Numbered from the stretch's first letter, positions 35,015-47,405 are shown. The stretch is DNA of 64,000 bases from Rhynchopus sp. YZ270_cl-10 (GCA_964035575.1 OZ037845.1:496001-560000), one strand, 5' to 3'. Notes: generated by a model not told the origin, from the letters alone. Program-made: numbers and translations.

Positions 35015-35769
35015 CAGGGCGTTCGCTATCGCCATCGTTTTTTCCTGATCGTGGCGAAATGCCAAAAACCCCGAAATTTTCGTTTTTTTACTAGTGCTTA
35101 AAATAGGTCAAAAAAAATTTTCCCGCCGGAGAGAAGTTAGTTCGTGGGGTGAATCCCTGGTACTGAATGGTCAAAAAAAATTTGCTATTTGCGCGTGATC
35201 CCTTCCCCAGCACAAGTGATATTACAGCTGAACTTTCCTGATACTAAAACCAGCAAAACGATGGAGAATTTCATCAATCCCCCCTCACTGAGGGTCTCTT
35301 TGTGTTGTTTAATCAAACAGATGTACAAGAGAGGCATCTGTCATATGAGACTTCATCCTTATTTTGATTATTTTCAACTCTCTGCCGTTGAAAGTAGAGT
35401 TGACACGAGCAGTGACACCTTCTATAACAGGGGGTACGGTACACCTTCAGCAGACTGCAGGATTGAGGAGCGAGCGGGAGTGCTGGGGAAACTTCCTCTC
35501 ACGGCAGGCGGGTTTGCGGATGATTTTGAGTACAGTGGACATGCACCCCTCTGCGACCCCCCCTCCGGGGGGGTCTACAGGGTGGTGGGGAGAAATCTCT
35601 CTCTCTCTTTTTTTTTTTTTTTCCCCCTTTATTTATTTATTTATTTATTTATTTATACAGGGTTTCGCCCCGGTGGGGCGAAGCCCTGGGGCGAAATAAA
35701 ATGTCATTTTTTCAGGAAAAGATTTTTTTAACGAAAAAAAATATTTTTCGCCCCGGGGCGAACGCCCTG
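35015..35769 (-). mobile_element. Deleted hAT transposon (755 bp) with a decayed transposase C-terminal dimerisation-domain remnant
   Basis: Perfect 12-bp TIR CAGGGCGTTCGC and 8-bp TSD TGTGTCGA. The minus strand encodes YPLL*KVSLLVSTLLSTAE / LKIIKIRMKSHMTDASLVHLF / IDEILHRFA with a stop and frameshifts. Confidence 0.88.
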
Positions 35770-37007
35770 TGTGTCGACAATCACCTGCTAGTGCAGGATC
35801 TGTACTCAATGTTTTTTTTTTTTTTTTTTTTTTGGTGCTAAAAATACAAAATTGATTGCAATGGAATCCAATCGCAGTACAAACATCGGTGGTTTTTCGG
35901 ATTTTGAAAAGCAAAGAGTTTTTGCCCCACCTTCGTTAATTACCGCGACGGTAGCCATTTTCTCTCTCTCTATGACACTTTTACGGGGGAAAAAAACACG
36001 CTTTTTCTTTTTTGCTAATCTGTTTGGCAGCTCTACATTCTAAAAATGTAAAAAACCAATCAACCTGGGGTAAAGAATAGTTGGTAAAGGTGGTACGCCT
36101 ATTTAGCTTGGCAGTATCACCAAAAAAGAACATAGGCTAAGCAACTAGTTGCCGGGTTACGGTGTAACGCGTATTGCGCATCGCTCCGAATCGGTTCGTT
36201 CCTTAACACGAAGTGTGTTGGGGGTAAACTTATTCGGGCCCTTTGACCCCAAATGCAAAACAATAGGCTGAAATAGTAAGCGTAGGCAGGAGGGATTTGT
36301 ACAACGAAAAAACCCCACCCCAAGATAAGGTGGGTTTTGGATTCAAATGATACCTAAAGGGCAAAGGGTCTGGTTGTTGTTGTCTTGTTCATCGACAAAC
36401 ACCGTTGTTGAAGAAAAAAGGGATACGATAGTGTGGTTTGTGCAGCTTTAATCCACTTTGATTTCCCTCAAATGCGCAAAAAATACAAAAAAAAAGGGGG
36501 GGTAAAGAAAGGGTCCTGGGGAAGGATAAACTGTGGGGGAAACCGTTACCCTGCAAAAAAAAACCCCCAGACCAATATTCATCACGAGACATGTTCTAGG
36601 TAAGACACGTCGCTTACCCAGGGGAAAAAAAGAGAACTTTCTCAGATGAATGTGCCTCTCGTGCACACACATTTAAAAAAAGTTTTTGTAAGATGGGCCC
36701 AAGTCTTGTGTACTTAGGTATGTGTCCAGAGAAAGAGCTTTTTACCCCACTTATATTGTGTATAGCAGACGAAACAAAACAAAACAAAGTTCGGTGAAAT
36801 AAGATTAGGTTCAAGATATGGGGTTCCTCGCATGAAAGAAAACAAAGAAAGGGTTCTCGGGCTTGGTCACCTTTCATCACAACGTTATCGTCGGCGCCCA
36901 GGTGTATGGCTTTTGAATAACGGGGTTAACTAACGGGATAAGGTCATTTCCTTAGTTCATAAGTAAAAAAATCAATGAGTTTGGTGTGGCTGTATAGGGC
37001 TAGGGTG

Positions 37008-37866
37008 TATACCCTAGAAGGACCCAAGAAGTACCCAATTTACACCTAATTTTAAGGGGGGTGCAAAAATTATTTTGTGTATATTTTTTTGGTGGTTTTT
37101 TGTGGCCAGAAATTTCCCCCAGAAATTTTCACCCCAAAAAATCAAAAAATTTTTTTTTTGATTTCGGTGCTCCGGGGCTTCTGCGTGCTGTGATGGGGTC
37201 ACTTTGCGCTCAGAACTGAGTATTTTTGACCTAAAATGCATGTATCAGTTCTTACAGGCCATTTTCAGGTTTTGTGTGTAATATGGTCAGTACTTGACCA
37301 CTGAGGGTAAAGTGCAAAGTAAACGTGGGGGCAGTTTGCATAGCTGCGAACTTTGCTGCGCGTTGTGACCCCCCACAATTTGACGGTCGGAGCTCGTAGA
37401 ACCCAACGAGGAGTGAGAAAAGGATACGTCGAAAGAATAAAAGTAGCATACCGTGCGCCTGCGGCGCAAGCTTTGCAACCCACCCCACGCATGACATAGT
37501 TTGGCTGCAGCAACCTGAACACCTGGTAGTGGTCGTCGCAGGCCACTGTCGTCTCGGACCCCCCATATTCGACCATCATCCCACGATTTCCCAAAAACCA
37601 AAAGTTAGCGTCAGGCCTGGTCATGACAGGTAAAATGCACTGGGGTCTGGGTACTGGGTACTGGGTGCCAACCCCGGATTTTGAGAAAATTTCCATCACC
37701 GAACACGTGGGGCTCTCGGATGTACCAACTTTTTGCGAAAACAAGGCTACTAACCACAGGGAAAGCTCGAGAAAAAAATCACGTTTTCCTTAAGGAAGTG
37801 CCCTAAGGAAAATCACTATACCCTGGAAGGACCCAAGAAGTACCCAATTTACACCTAATTTTTAGG
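37008..37866. repeat. Segment bounded by a ~50-bp direct repeat (37008-37058 and 37817-37866)
   Basis: tataccct(a/g)gaaggacccaagaagtacccaatttacacctaatttt occurs twice, 809 bp apart. Confidence 0.7.
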
Positions 37867-37937
37867 AAAATCACACCAGAGTTGGAAAGATTACCTCAAG
37901 CCTTCAATAAAAAAAAAAAAAACTTCCATCGTCAGAT

Positions 37938-38811
37938 CAGAGCTCGCGCTAAAGTCCATCCCTCATCCCGGGATTTTTGGGGGTTTTGGTAGGAACGTTT
38001 TTTTTTTTGCAGTACGGGGATTTCATTAAGAAACCAGAAGTTCTAATATTGTTGAGTAAGACCACCACATAGTGGACTTGCATATACATGTGACCCCGCC
38101 GTGGAACGCAATTGGCTCGGAAAGTCAAAAGAAAGAGGAGAAAAAAGAAAAGGAAAAAAAAAAAAAGTTGGTTACCGTGCGCCTGCGGCGCTGCCTGTTC
38201 CCTTCCAGTTTCTACAGGCAAACACTTGCCCCCTTTACCTTACACTGACGGGTTTTGACCAAAACCAAAAACTTGTCCATTTCGGCAAATTGACCCCACC
38301 ACAGAACGGACGAATTCCGGAAATGCAAATGCCGGTGTTTTCGCGCATTTTCATGTTGCAAGACGTCAGGATCAGGGAGAGAAAATCTGGTTGTGGGATT
38401 TACATTGGCCCTCTTTACCCACATGGATTTTGACCAAAACCAAAAAATTGGCCATTTCGGCAAAGTGACCCCACCACAGCGCGGACGGATTCCGGAAATT
38501 CCAATCGCGGTATGTTTTGGGGCTGAAAACCCACTGATTTTCAGGAGAAAAATTGCTTCCAAATCTCGGAATTTTCCGAATTTTCCTGAAAATGACCCTT
38601 GTTTACGAGTATGGGTTCATATTTTGCGAAAATTTAAGTCACTAAAATTTTGTCCATTTTTCCGTATATACCCCACCACAAGCCGGGATTGGCCCGGAAA
38701 TGCCACAAAACGGGGTTTCCGGGCCTCCCCAGCTAACCTTTTCAAGGAACGTTTTTCCGTACCCGAAATCCATTTTTTCCCCATTTTTTCCCATAATTAG
38801 CGCGACCACTG
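37938..38811. mobile_element. Non-autonomous hAT-like element (874 bp) with internal ~175-bp subrepeats
   Basis: TIR CAG(A/T)G(C/G)TCGCGCTAA; exact 8-bp TSD CGTCAGAT (37930-37937, 38812-38819); three ccccaccaca...ccggaaat units. Confidence 0.88.
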
Positions 38812-39198
38812 CGTCAGATACAACATGCAGCATCTTTTGTGCAACGCTGACGAAACGAAGCAAAAAAAACGAGATTTTGATTTGACTCATTTTGTTTTGT
38901 TTGCAAAATGTACCTTTAGATTTTGAGGTGTGCATGGAGCAAAAAAAAGATCGGGTCTTTTGTTTGTGCGCTCAAAGCCGGGAAAACAAAAAGGTGAAAA
39001 AATGTGTTAAACTGAAGTACGGTTGTTGTGGTTAATTGAGTACTCAAAGAAAACAAGCAAGCTTCTGTTTTTTTTTCAATCCGTTTTGTTTGCCCTGCAG
39101 CGCTGCCTCCAATCTTTTTAGAATTGACAACAAGTTGTTTTATCAAAAAAAATTGCAAAAAATTGGCCCATTTGTTCGCACCCCATGCGCATCCGGTG

Positions 39199-39344
39199 CA
39201 TTGTTGGGTGATCTATGAACGGAGAGATATTTTTTTCACTAGCTCTCAGTAAGCTCTCACGGCTCCCACTAGCTCTCACTAACTCTCACAAAGCTGTCAC
39301 AGCCTGTCACGTGTCTCACGGAGACGATCACAGATCACCCCAAT
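39199..39344. repeat. Small inverted-repeat element enclosing a ~10-bp tandem repeat (agctctcact x ~7)
   Basis: cattg..gggtgatct / agatcaccccaatg ends; tandem units at 39241-39320. Confidence 0.45.
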
Positions 39345-39424
39345 GGTGTATCTTGTGTAGCTAAGCTTGATCACATTCGTTATTGCGCAGAAGTAAAGTG
39401 TATAGGCCGCTTAAATCAAAGTTG

Positions 39425-39527
39425 ACTTGAAATACAAAGCCCTCTCGTGAACAGTGTTACCTTGGTACAATGACTAGCTGTACCGGGGGGGTGGACACCC
39501 AACCATTTCGTGGTTTACATCATGATA
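39425..39527 (-). repeat. 5'-truncated copy of the hammerhead-like repeat, ending in a C-GAGA-G hairpin
   Basis: TATCATGATGTAAACCACGAAATGG...GGTACAGCTAGTCATTGTACC...GTTCACGAGAGGGC matches 478-585. Confidence 0.7.
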
Positions 39528-40036
39528 CCCTCATAGTAAAAATAATGTTTTTTCAAAAATAAATTAATAAAAAAATGACCCAAAAGTAACATTTTTTTTG
39601 TAACAATTTAATAAAATGTTTTATTCGTTTTTTTGCAGTTGGGCAAAAAGTAACAAATGTTACAAAGAAAAAATAAAAAGCCCATGGTTGAAGCACGGGA
39701 GTACCATAGGGAACTGGGTTGCTGACCACACCATCCAGGCTGTACCTCAATTTTTTTTTTTGCCTGCGGCGCCATTTTCCCTTTTTGCTCCGCAAAAAAG
39801 GGTTCGTTGAGTGACTCTGTGTAAAAAGCTATATTTTTACACCATGGGTGTCCGCGCTGTATGCTTTATTAGCCCCCCCAGTAACATTTTTGTTACGCCT
39901 GCGGCGTAACAAAAATGTTACAAAAAAATAAAATCCAAACAATGAAAAAAGTAACAAAATGCAAAAATGTTATAAAAAAAATAAAAATCGCCGAAATAAT
40001 TTATTTGTAACAATAACATAATTTATACTATGAGGG
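39528..40036. mobile_element. Tc1/mariner-like MITE (509 bp)
   Basis: TIR CCCTCATAGTA(A/T)AAAT(A/T)ATGTT flanked by TA on both sides; internal perfect 19-bp-stem hairpin at 39881-39921. Confidence 0.8.
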
Positions 40037-40863
40037 TATCAGAAGAGAAAACCTTGCTGAAAACTATTGATCGTCAGCGTCACGCCTTCGTAAGAAGCAG
40101 TAGAAATAATAAGAAAAGTCTGCCTTGAAAGACGAATATACCGCACAAAGCATAACAGCAGCTAAATAGAAAGTTGAAAGTGCAAACAATATTTTTTTTT
40201 TTATTGAGCCATAGACAACTGCTTTTTTTTGGGAGTTTTTTTTATGAAAGTTTTAACATGACACTCACAACAACTAAAGTATACAAAAAAAGTAAAACAA
40301 AAAATGGGGTAAAGTTATGCCGATAAGGCCATCGGAGACCATGCCAGATCAAACAAAACAAATGAAATGCAATATCGGTCACTTCTCTAGGGTACCTTCT
40401 GACAGCGATGAGACCACAAGATGCTCTGGCCCTGACACTGACACAATAAAGAACAGAAAAGAAACAAGCGGGAAGATGAAAATAAAATATTGAAAAGATG
40501 AATATGCCTCGCGTGTATGCGCATCTTGTAAAAGAAGAAAAAAAGGTAGAAAAGTTTTGTAAGAACAGTGCTCACCTTAAATTGAAGAAAGGGTTATAAG
40601 CCTCTCTGTGCTTAGTCACCTTGATCACATTCGTTATCGTGCAGTATCAGCTGTGTGGGTTTCCACAAGATTATTGTTTGTCATTTCCCCAGCCGGAGTT
40701 CGTAATTTTTGTTTTTGAAAACTTGGTTGTATTAGTGTAGCCACCATAGAGTGTGCTCCACCATGTATTTTTTTTTTTTTGGCACGTACGATGTAGTATA
40801 AAAATATTAAGCGTTATGCACAACACATCCTGCGTCTGCAATGAAAAAGAGAACATCTTCAAA

Positions 40864-41008
40864 AGAGGAACGTGCCTCTCGTGCACACATCAAAAAAGAA
40901 AAAGAAAAGTTTATAAGATGATCCTAAGCCTCTCTGTGCTTAGTCACCTTATCATATTCGAAAGAAAGTGGCGTTGATCGTGCAAACGCCTCTTGGGACG
41001 GCAGGCAC
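40864..41008 (-). repeat. Cluster of three dispersed hairpin motifs (types A, B, C)
   Basis: TGTGC-ACGAGAG-GCAC; AAGGTGA-CTAAGC-ACAGAGAG-GCTTAG-GA-TCATCTT; GTGC-CTG-CCGTCC..GGCG-TTT-GCAC. Each recurs many times in the window. Confidence 0.75.
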
Positions 41009-42361
41009 TGAAAGAATAAGTTTGCAAGATGGACTTGGGTCGCAAGAGCAGTCACCTTGATCGCAAACAGAAAAGGTTTATGACAACGACGAGCCAATTC
41101 TCGGCGCACTTCGGAACCTTTGTAAAGAGAAAGAAAAGTTGGTAATGTACACCCATGTCCCACAGTGTTTAGCCTAAGCAAGTAAATGAAGAGAAATTAA
41201 TAGGTGCAAACGCATGTTCCAGAGTAAAGGAACTGGAAACAAAGAAACGCTTAATGGAAAACTTGGTTGTATTAGCGAGGAATGAGCCCCACTATTATTT
41301 TCCCCTCTCATCTGTTCTAGCTTTATGCGGACTCTTTTCCCATGGATGCAGTTGGAAGTACCCTTGTCGCCAGCAAGCAGAAACTGCTGGCGTGCCTGTT
41401 GTCGAACGGAGAGGGGTGCGGTGGTTATCCACATCTCCCCTCCGTTACCAATACCGTCTATACCACAAAAGAATGAAAGGCATTGAGCATGTCAGGTGCT
41501 CCCTCTTTTTCTGCTATCCATGTGAACAGATGTCCCCATCAAAGAAAGGATTGTACAAAAAAAAATAGTTGTTTTGTTTTGATCATCAATACGCACTAAT
41601 AAAACCAGAGGAAAACTGTTGTAATGAAAATCACTGTGCTGACTCACCCTTGAACACCAAATCATTCAAGAGGACCTTAACACCAAGGTAAACTGATGAG
41701 ATGTTGCTACAAGCACCTCGCCGTCCGGCCGGCGCTGTGAAACCAGATTTTTTTTTTTTTCATTTTTCGCCCACCTGATCTGGATAACTCGACTACGAAG
41801 GGAATTACTTTTTGTTGAACGCAGCCAAAACAGTGTGAAATCTGAATTGGCGCCAGGAGAAATAACGGGAGGAGAGAAAATAGTCGGTATCAGGCGATCA
41901 AAACGTTGGCTTTTTTTCGTTCCGGTTTCTAATAATACTACGCGTAATGGGGGGAGTAAGGAGCAGGATAAGAAGGTGAAGAAAGAGAGAGAGAGATGAG
42001 AAAAAAAGAGAGAAAAAAAAAATGTGAATGTGTCTCTCTTTTGAAACACATCATAAAAACAAAAGGAACAATTATTGAGGAATTGCACTGTACGAAGACA
42101 AAAATGTACACAGTGATCCAAAGAAACATTGGAGGGGGTAAAAAACCTTCTGTAGCGGAAAAATCCCAAAAAGCCCACCTTAGTTTCTAACCCCTCCTAT
42201 GTTTTCGTAGATCACAATAACTCTTTTCTGTGCACTTCTTATTCTGTGAAGGAGCAAAACCGGACCACAACATTACACTTTTCTTTTCTTTTTCCTTCGT
42301 TATTCAAGAGGAAGTACAGACCAAGCGGCACGTCTATCCATTTTGGAACACTTTTCCGTTC

Positions 42362-44584
42362 TTATAACGGGGTCACGTCAGGGGAGCCGACGGTCGACAC
42401 CGCCGCACATTCTGCTTCGAACACGGAGAGAGCTTTTGCCCAATTCACCGCATCTTTGCTGGGAAGGCATTTTTTAAATTGAGCTAACGCCTCGCGGGCT
42501 TCTGAGAGCAGCCCGCTGTCCTTCGCTTTGTGAAAATTTGCGAGATGCTGCACTTCAGCCCTGGCCTCTGTGTTGATACGCTCTAGCTGGTACATCCATT
42601 CCCCTTCTTCAACGGTTTTGATGTTGGTTGTGTAGGACGCCCCGTGGTTCAGCTCTGTGTAGTGTACACGCACCTTGGTTGCCACTAAGAAGGCTTCGAC
42701 GTAAGGCAACTGCGCCAACAGCTGATTCGAGACTACCACAGGAAAGCCGAGGTGGCGTGCAAGGCTTGCCATAGATGACGCACCATCCAACAGATCGACA
42801 CCAAGAACCGAATGCCTGTGTGCAGAGTCCCCTAGAATACCACTAAAGGATTTGCAGCCGTGCACCCCAATGGTAACGTTTTTGAAGCCAGTGGATCCCT
42901 TCAGGGTGCCTTGGGAGACGGCGAAGGAGAAGTGAATAGCATTGTCCTTCGCATTGCTGAGCCACGAAAACGCAATCTTCCCGCCCTGCACCACAGAGAC
43001 CCTCCCTGCATGCGCAGTGGCCACCCCATGAACAGCAGAGAAAAAGGTTCCAAAGGCCTTCTGCGCATGCACCCGATCCTTCACCACTACTTGAGGAAAG
43101 TCTGCAATGTCCAGCACACAGCACACTGCGCCTGGGAAGATCTTTACCCCAAGACCAAGCGACACCCCGCCGCGCATATTCTTCGCGGAGACAACAGAAG
43201 ACGCGGAGGCGATGGTTCCTCCCCGCGACCTCTTGCTTGCAGTTTGGGAGACCGAGGAGGTTTCCGGCCTGTCGGTGCTGTCTTCATCAGACGAGACTTC
43301 TTGGGGAAGAAACGTTTTCACCTTTTTAAGCATACGCACTGATTGCCAGAAGCCTTGGTACAGCGATCCAACCTCTTTGAGGATGCTGGTCTCGGGGACG
43401 TGCTCAATGTATAAGGAATCGGTGTTCATCGACGCGATTTCGTCGAATGCGACGGCAACCTTGCGGATAGGGTAAATGAACATCATTGCTAATGCAATAG
43501 AAGCTACCACCGCCCCAGCAACTAATCCAATGACAATCAGCCGGGTCGTTTTGTTGCTGTCCTCAATGCGAGCAAAGAAGTGCGACCTCGGCACCGCCAT
43601 CACCAAAATCCAATTCAAATTCTCATGCCTCAACTGCCTCATCTGCACCCAATGCCCTCCACCATAGCCTATCTCTTGGTGCCCCTTTACATCCCACTCC
43701 GCCACTGGCATAGGAAACACCTCTGTACCAAGGTAATGCAACAAACCATCCCCCGAGGTGGCTAATGTGTATCGGGTGTACACCTTGGGTTCTGATTCAG
43801 CAAAGGGTTGGGAGTGCTGGGTGCTTGCAATGAGAGTATGCTCAGGGTCCATGAGCGCAAGCACACTTTCCGGCGAGATTTTGTACTGATTGAGATCAAT
43901 ATCACGTAGGTTCGATGACACCATAACCCCACCACGCAAAGACCCATCACCATTCAACAATGGCCACGTCAACGATACCTGCAGGCCTGGAGACACCAAA
44001 TTCGGGTTCAAACTGACAAACACATCACTCCAGATCGGCACATTCTTTTCAATGGTATGCGGGTTATCCCGAATAATAACATAATACGGCCTGTTCAGAA
44101 TGTCCATCGCGAAGTGAAACAGAAAGGGATCACTGTCGTTATATTTCCCTGTGTTTTTATCCAACATTTTGTAGATTGTGATGGTGCTGTCTGTGTTAAG
44201 GTCGACCACAGAGTTTCCTTCCATGTCTACCAGACAACCACGCCGTGTTGCGTCATCCATGTAGACATCCCAGGACGCGAATTTAGTGTGGTTTTTGTAT
44301 TCTATAGCGTTTTGTATCTTGGGATGTTGGCATGAAGTGCCATTGTAGTGGCCTATCTCGACGCCGTATTTCATGCCGTGTAGATGGTCTACGATTTCCA
44401 TGATAAAACCGTCCATGATGTCGCCATACGTTGTCCCAATGATCCGTTCCGAGAGTGCAAGTGATATATCAGAAATAGAGTCCTTTGCATTCAACCTCGT
44501 AATCTCAAACGTAAGAACAGAAGACATACACACCAACCCACTAATAAGCAACACAAACGGAAGTAACGTCGGAACACTAAACAT
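42362..44584 (-). CDS. Membrane receptor (~740 aa): TM, Cache-like extracellular domain, TM, HAMP-like segment, degenerate class III nucleotide cyclase domain
   Basis: ATG 44584; RPYY, PIWSDVF, LNWILVMAVP Cache-like features; second TM; VLDIADF and VQGGKIAFSW cyclase-like motifs. Confidence 0.75.
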   Translation of the reverse strand: MFSVPTLLPFVLLISGLVCMSSVLTFEITRLNAKDSISDISLALSERIIGTTYGDIMDGFIMEIVDHLHGMKYGVEIGHYNGTSCQHPKIQNAIEYKNHTKFASWDVYMDDATRRGCLVDMEGNSVVDLNTDSTITIYKMLDKNTGKYNDSDPFLFHFAMDILNRPYYVIIRDNPHTIEKNVPIWSDVFVSLNPNLVSPGLQVSLTWPLLNGDGSLRGGVMVSSNLRDIDLNQYKISPESVLALMDPEHTLIASTQHSQPFAESEPKVYTRYTLATSGDGLLHYLGTEVFPMPVAEWDVKGHQEIGYGGGHWVQMRQLRHENLNWILVMAVPRSHFFARIEDSNKTTRLIVIGLVAGAVVASIALAMMFIYPIRKVAVAFDEIASMNTDSLYIEHVPETSILKEVGSLYQGFWQSVRMLKKVKTFLPQEVSSDEDSTDRPETSSVSQTASKRSRGGTIASASSVVSAKNMRGGVSLGLGVKIFPGAVCCVLDIADFPQVVVKDRVHAQKAFGTFFSAVHGVATAHAGRVSVVQGGKIAFSWLSNAKDNAIHFSFAVSQGTLKGSTGFKNVTIGVHGCKSFSGILGDSAHRHSVLGVDLLDGASSMASLARHLGFPVVVSNQLLAQLPYVEAFLVATKVRVHYTELNHGASYTTNIKTVEEGEWMYQLERINTEARAEVQHLANFHKAKDSGLLSEAREALAQFKKCLPSKDAVNWAKALSVFEAECAAVSTVGSPDVTPL

Positions 44585-45362
44585 TTTTGGATTTTTTTTG
44601 ACCTTGGGAGGGAAGGGGGGAAGGGTGGGAAGAGGGGAGGAGAGAGGAAAAAATTGGAGGAAAAAATAGTGAAGGAATGAGAGGGAAAGTACTATATCGA
44701 TGTTGGGGGGAATAGGTTCTAAAAAAAAGGGGGAAAAAATATCTCTAGAATTTTGGGTGTGAAACAACCACAAAAAAGGGGGATGCCTAGATACCTCAAA
44801 AAAGGCAGATGGGGTAGGTTCCTCATCACAATTTTTTTCGTGTTGACTACCGAGGTTTTGTCGGGGAATTTGGGAGTGCATTTAATTGCAAAGAAAGGTT
44901 GACGAACACCGTATAAAAAGTGAAGTTATTAATGCAGTCACCTCCGACTGACCCACGTACGATGCCAGCCATCCGGATGAAAGCACAAGTACCCTGCGGC
45001 CTACAATAGCAGATGTAAAAAAATCGTTTGAATAAATCAGTGGAGTTGTCCGCTTGCAAAAACTCCATTTCCTACTGGGAACTCCCCTCTCACTTCGTTG
45101 CAATAACGTTTGAGCACATGCAGCCTACTTTGATACCACAGACATGCTGCCTGGGAGCCCTGCTACCGTATCACTCCACTGCCACAATCTGCCACCCTCC
45201 ACGGCTGACTACCGAACAACCGAATAACCTGCTTTGAAAGAATCTCCCTCAGGTACATGACACAAAGAGCTTCTCCTCCCCTCCCTCCCCCTTCTCTCTT
45301 TCAAACTCCGCTATTTCTTTCGGTCCACATTATCCGCATTGGTTTCACATAAGATTCTCACC

Positions 45363-46184
45363 CTACTGCTTAGCCCATCGTACCGACTCTGTCATTGACG
45401 ACGCTGTTGAAGCAACAGACTGTGCTCGACTTCTTTCATGACTATTCTGCGACACAAAACTCTTTAATGCTGTTGCAGCAAACCGCGCACCCCCTGGACC
45501 AAGACTCCCAGAAGACATCGATGATGGGACCCTCCACAACGCAACACCTACCCCACCCCCACCCGACCCACCCTCACTTCTTCTCTCCTGAACATCATGC
45601 AATGGCGACGGCGACGGCGACACCGACACACTACTCCCTCTTCTCCTCAATGGCAACGGTGGATCTGGCGCCTGGTAATGCGACTGCCTCGGTACACTCT
45701 GTGGGGAAGGTTCATATCGTCCAGGGGCTGCAGGGAGGCTTGGTTGGGGAGGGTCGGGGAGGGCTTCTACGAGAGCATCGTGGTGGGTTTGAAGACGTCG
45801 GGTGGTGGGTGCACGGCTGTTGCGTCTGCATGCAGCGAAGAAGAAGAGACGACGGTAGTAAGGTGAGAGGTAGATGACGTAGGAGAGAGAGGTGCGTTGG
45901 GTGGCCACGCGTGTTGCTTGGCTAGCGAGTTGTGTGTTGAGGCGTACGGCACGGCGCAGTTCTCGTTCCAAAGCGTCGGTGCGTGCTGCCTCACGTAGTA
46001 CCAAGTCCTCTCTTCGTTTCCTCTCCGCCCTCCATTCCTCCCTCAACTCCTCGACCTCCCGTTTCAACCCTTCACATTCCTGCTCTTTTCGTGTCAACGC
46101 AACTTCGAGAAGGGATTGGTGGTGGTGTGGATATATTGCACCGCCTTCTGGGCATTCATATCCAACGGGAGGGGCGTATTGCAT
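45363..46184 (-). CDS. Hypothetical coiled-coil / Ser-Pro-rich protein (273 aa)
   Basis: ATG ORF with a heptad region (KEQECEGLKREVEELREEW). Confidence 0.65.
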   Translation of the reverse strand: MQYAPPVGYECPEGGAIYPHHHQSLLEVALTRKEQECEGLKREVEELREEWRAERKRREDLVLREAARTDALERELRRAVRLNTQLASQATRVATQRTSLSYVIYLSPYYRRLFFFAACRRNSRAPTTRRLQTHHDALVEALPDPPQPSLPAAPGRYEPSPQSVPRQSHYQAPDPPLPLRRRGSSVSVSPSPSPLHDVQERRSEGGSGGGGVGVALWRVPSSMSSGSLGPGGARFAATALKSFVSQNSHERSRAQSVASTASSMTESVRWAKQ

Positions 46185-47405
46185 CAGGGTGAGGGTGAGG
46201 GTGAGGGGGGAGTGGAGGGTAAGGCAGCAGAAGGGTGTAATGAATACTCTGAAATGTTAGAGTCAAAAGGGGGCAGGAGAATAGAGGGAAAATGTGTTGT
46301 GTAGTGTTCTGGAAAAATGGAGAATATTTGAGTACAAAAGTGTGTCGCAAAAACAGAGTAATAGTGTTGCTATCGGGGGAAAAAGGAGGGGGCTACTCAA
46401 AGCAGGAAAAGGATGGGGAAGGGTGGTGTTTTTGCTTCAATTTGTTTTCTTCTGTTGAGGATGTGGTCCTGATCAAAAACCTATGGGTTTTACGTTAGTT
46501 TCAGGCCCGCCTTTCCCATATTTGTAAAAGTGCAAACAAAGGGAAAAGGAGAGAGTACACACAAAAAAATCCTAAAGACAGAGAGAAGATCATGCCAGAC
46601 ATCACACAGAGCAACGGCAAACTTGGTGCGCATTGTCGGTGTGGTGTGTTTGCACGTGGGGCGGGGAGGAAAGGGAAAAGGGAAATAAAAAGGAATAAAA
46701 CTTGAAAGATGAATGTGCTTTTCGTGCACACACATCTTTAACTCAAAAGAAAAGCAAATAATTGATTGTTTATAGAGCGCAGCCCAAAACACACATTCCG
46801 CACCGTACAGGCACAGCTTCCCCTCTCTGTCTCTGTCCCCCGCACGATCAAGTCAACGTTCCAGTCCACACCTTGCAGGTGTGGTAGTGAAGTTGCGCAC
46901 AGGGGATGATAGTTTTAAGGATGGAAGCACTGCAGACGAGGTGGTGTCTGCAGGGAAAGGGTCCTGGACAAACATGACAAAAGAAGGACACAAAAAGGGG
47001 ACACAACAATGCGAACATGGAAAATAGAAAAAAGTGACATAACCGAAAAATGTGCGTTTCAAAACAACAACGTGCCCCTCAAAAGAGGGAAATCGTCAGG
47101 TGAAAAAAAAAAGCAGTTGCAAAGTTGTTACTGCGAATGAGGAAGACGCAAGACAGGAGAAGAAGGATCTCATGTGTGCTGGCAGCCTCGCTTTGTCACA
47201 TCCACAAAAAAGCAACTGCTAATATAAAAGCCCGAAAAAAACGAGAACACGTTGTAAAAACGACACAATGCGAATATTTTAAAGTAGAGAAAAGAGAAAA
47301 GGGAAAACTTGAAAAACTAGCATATGATCCCACCTGCAAAGAAAAAGTGCAGCCAAGAAAACATTTGTAAGCTGAGCACTGTCACAGTCACAGCCACAGC
47401 CACAC

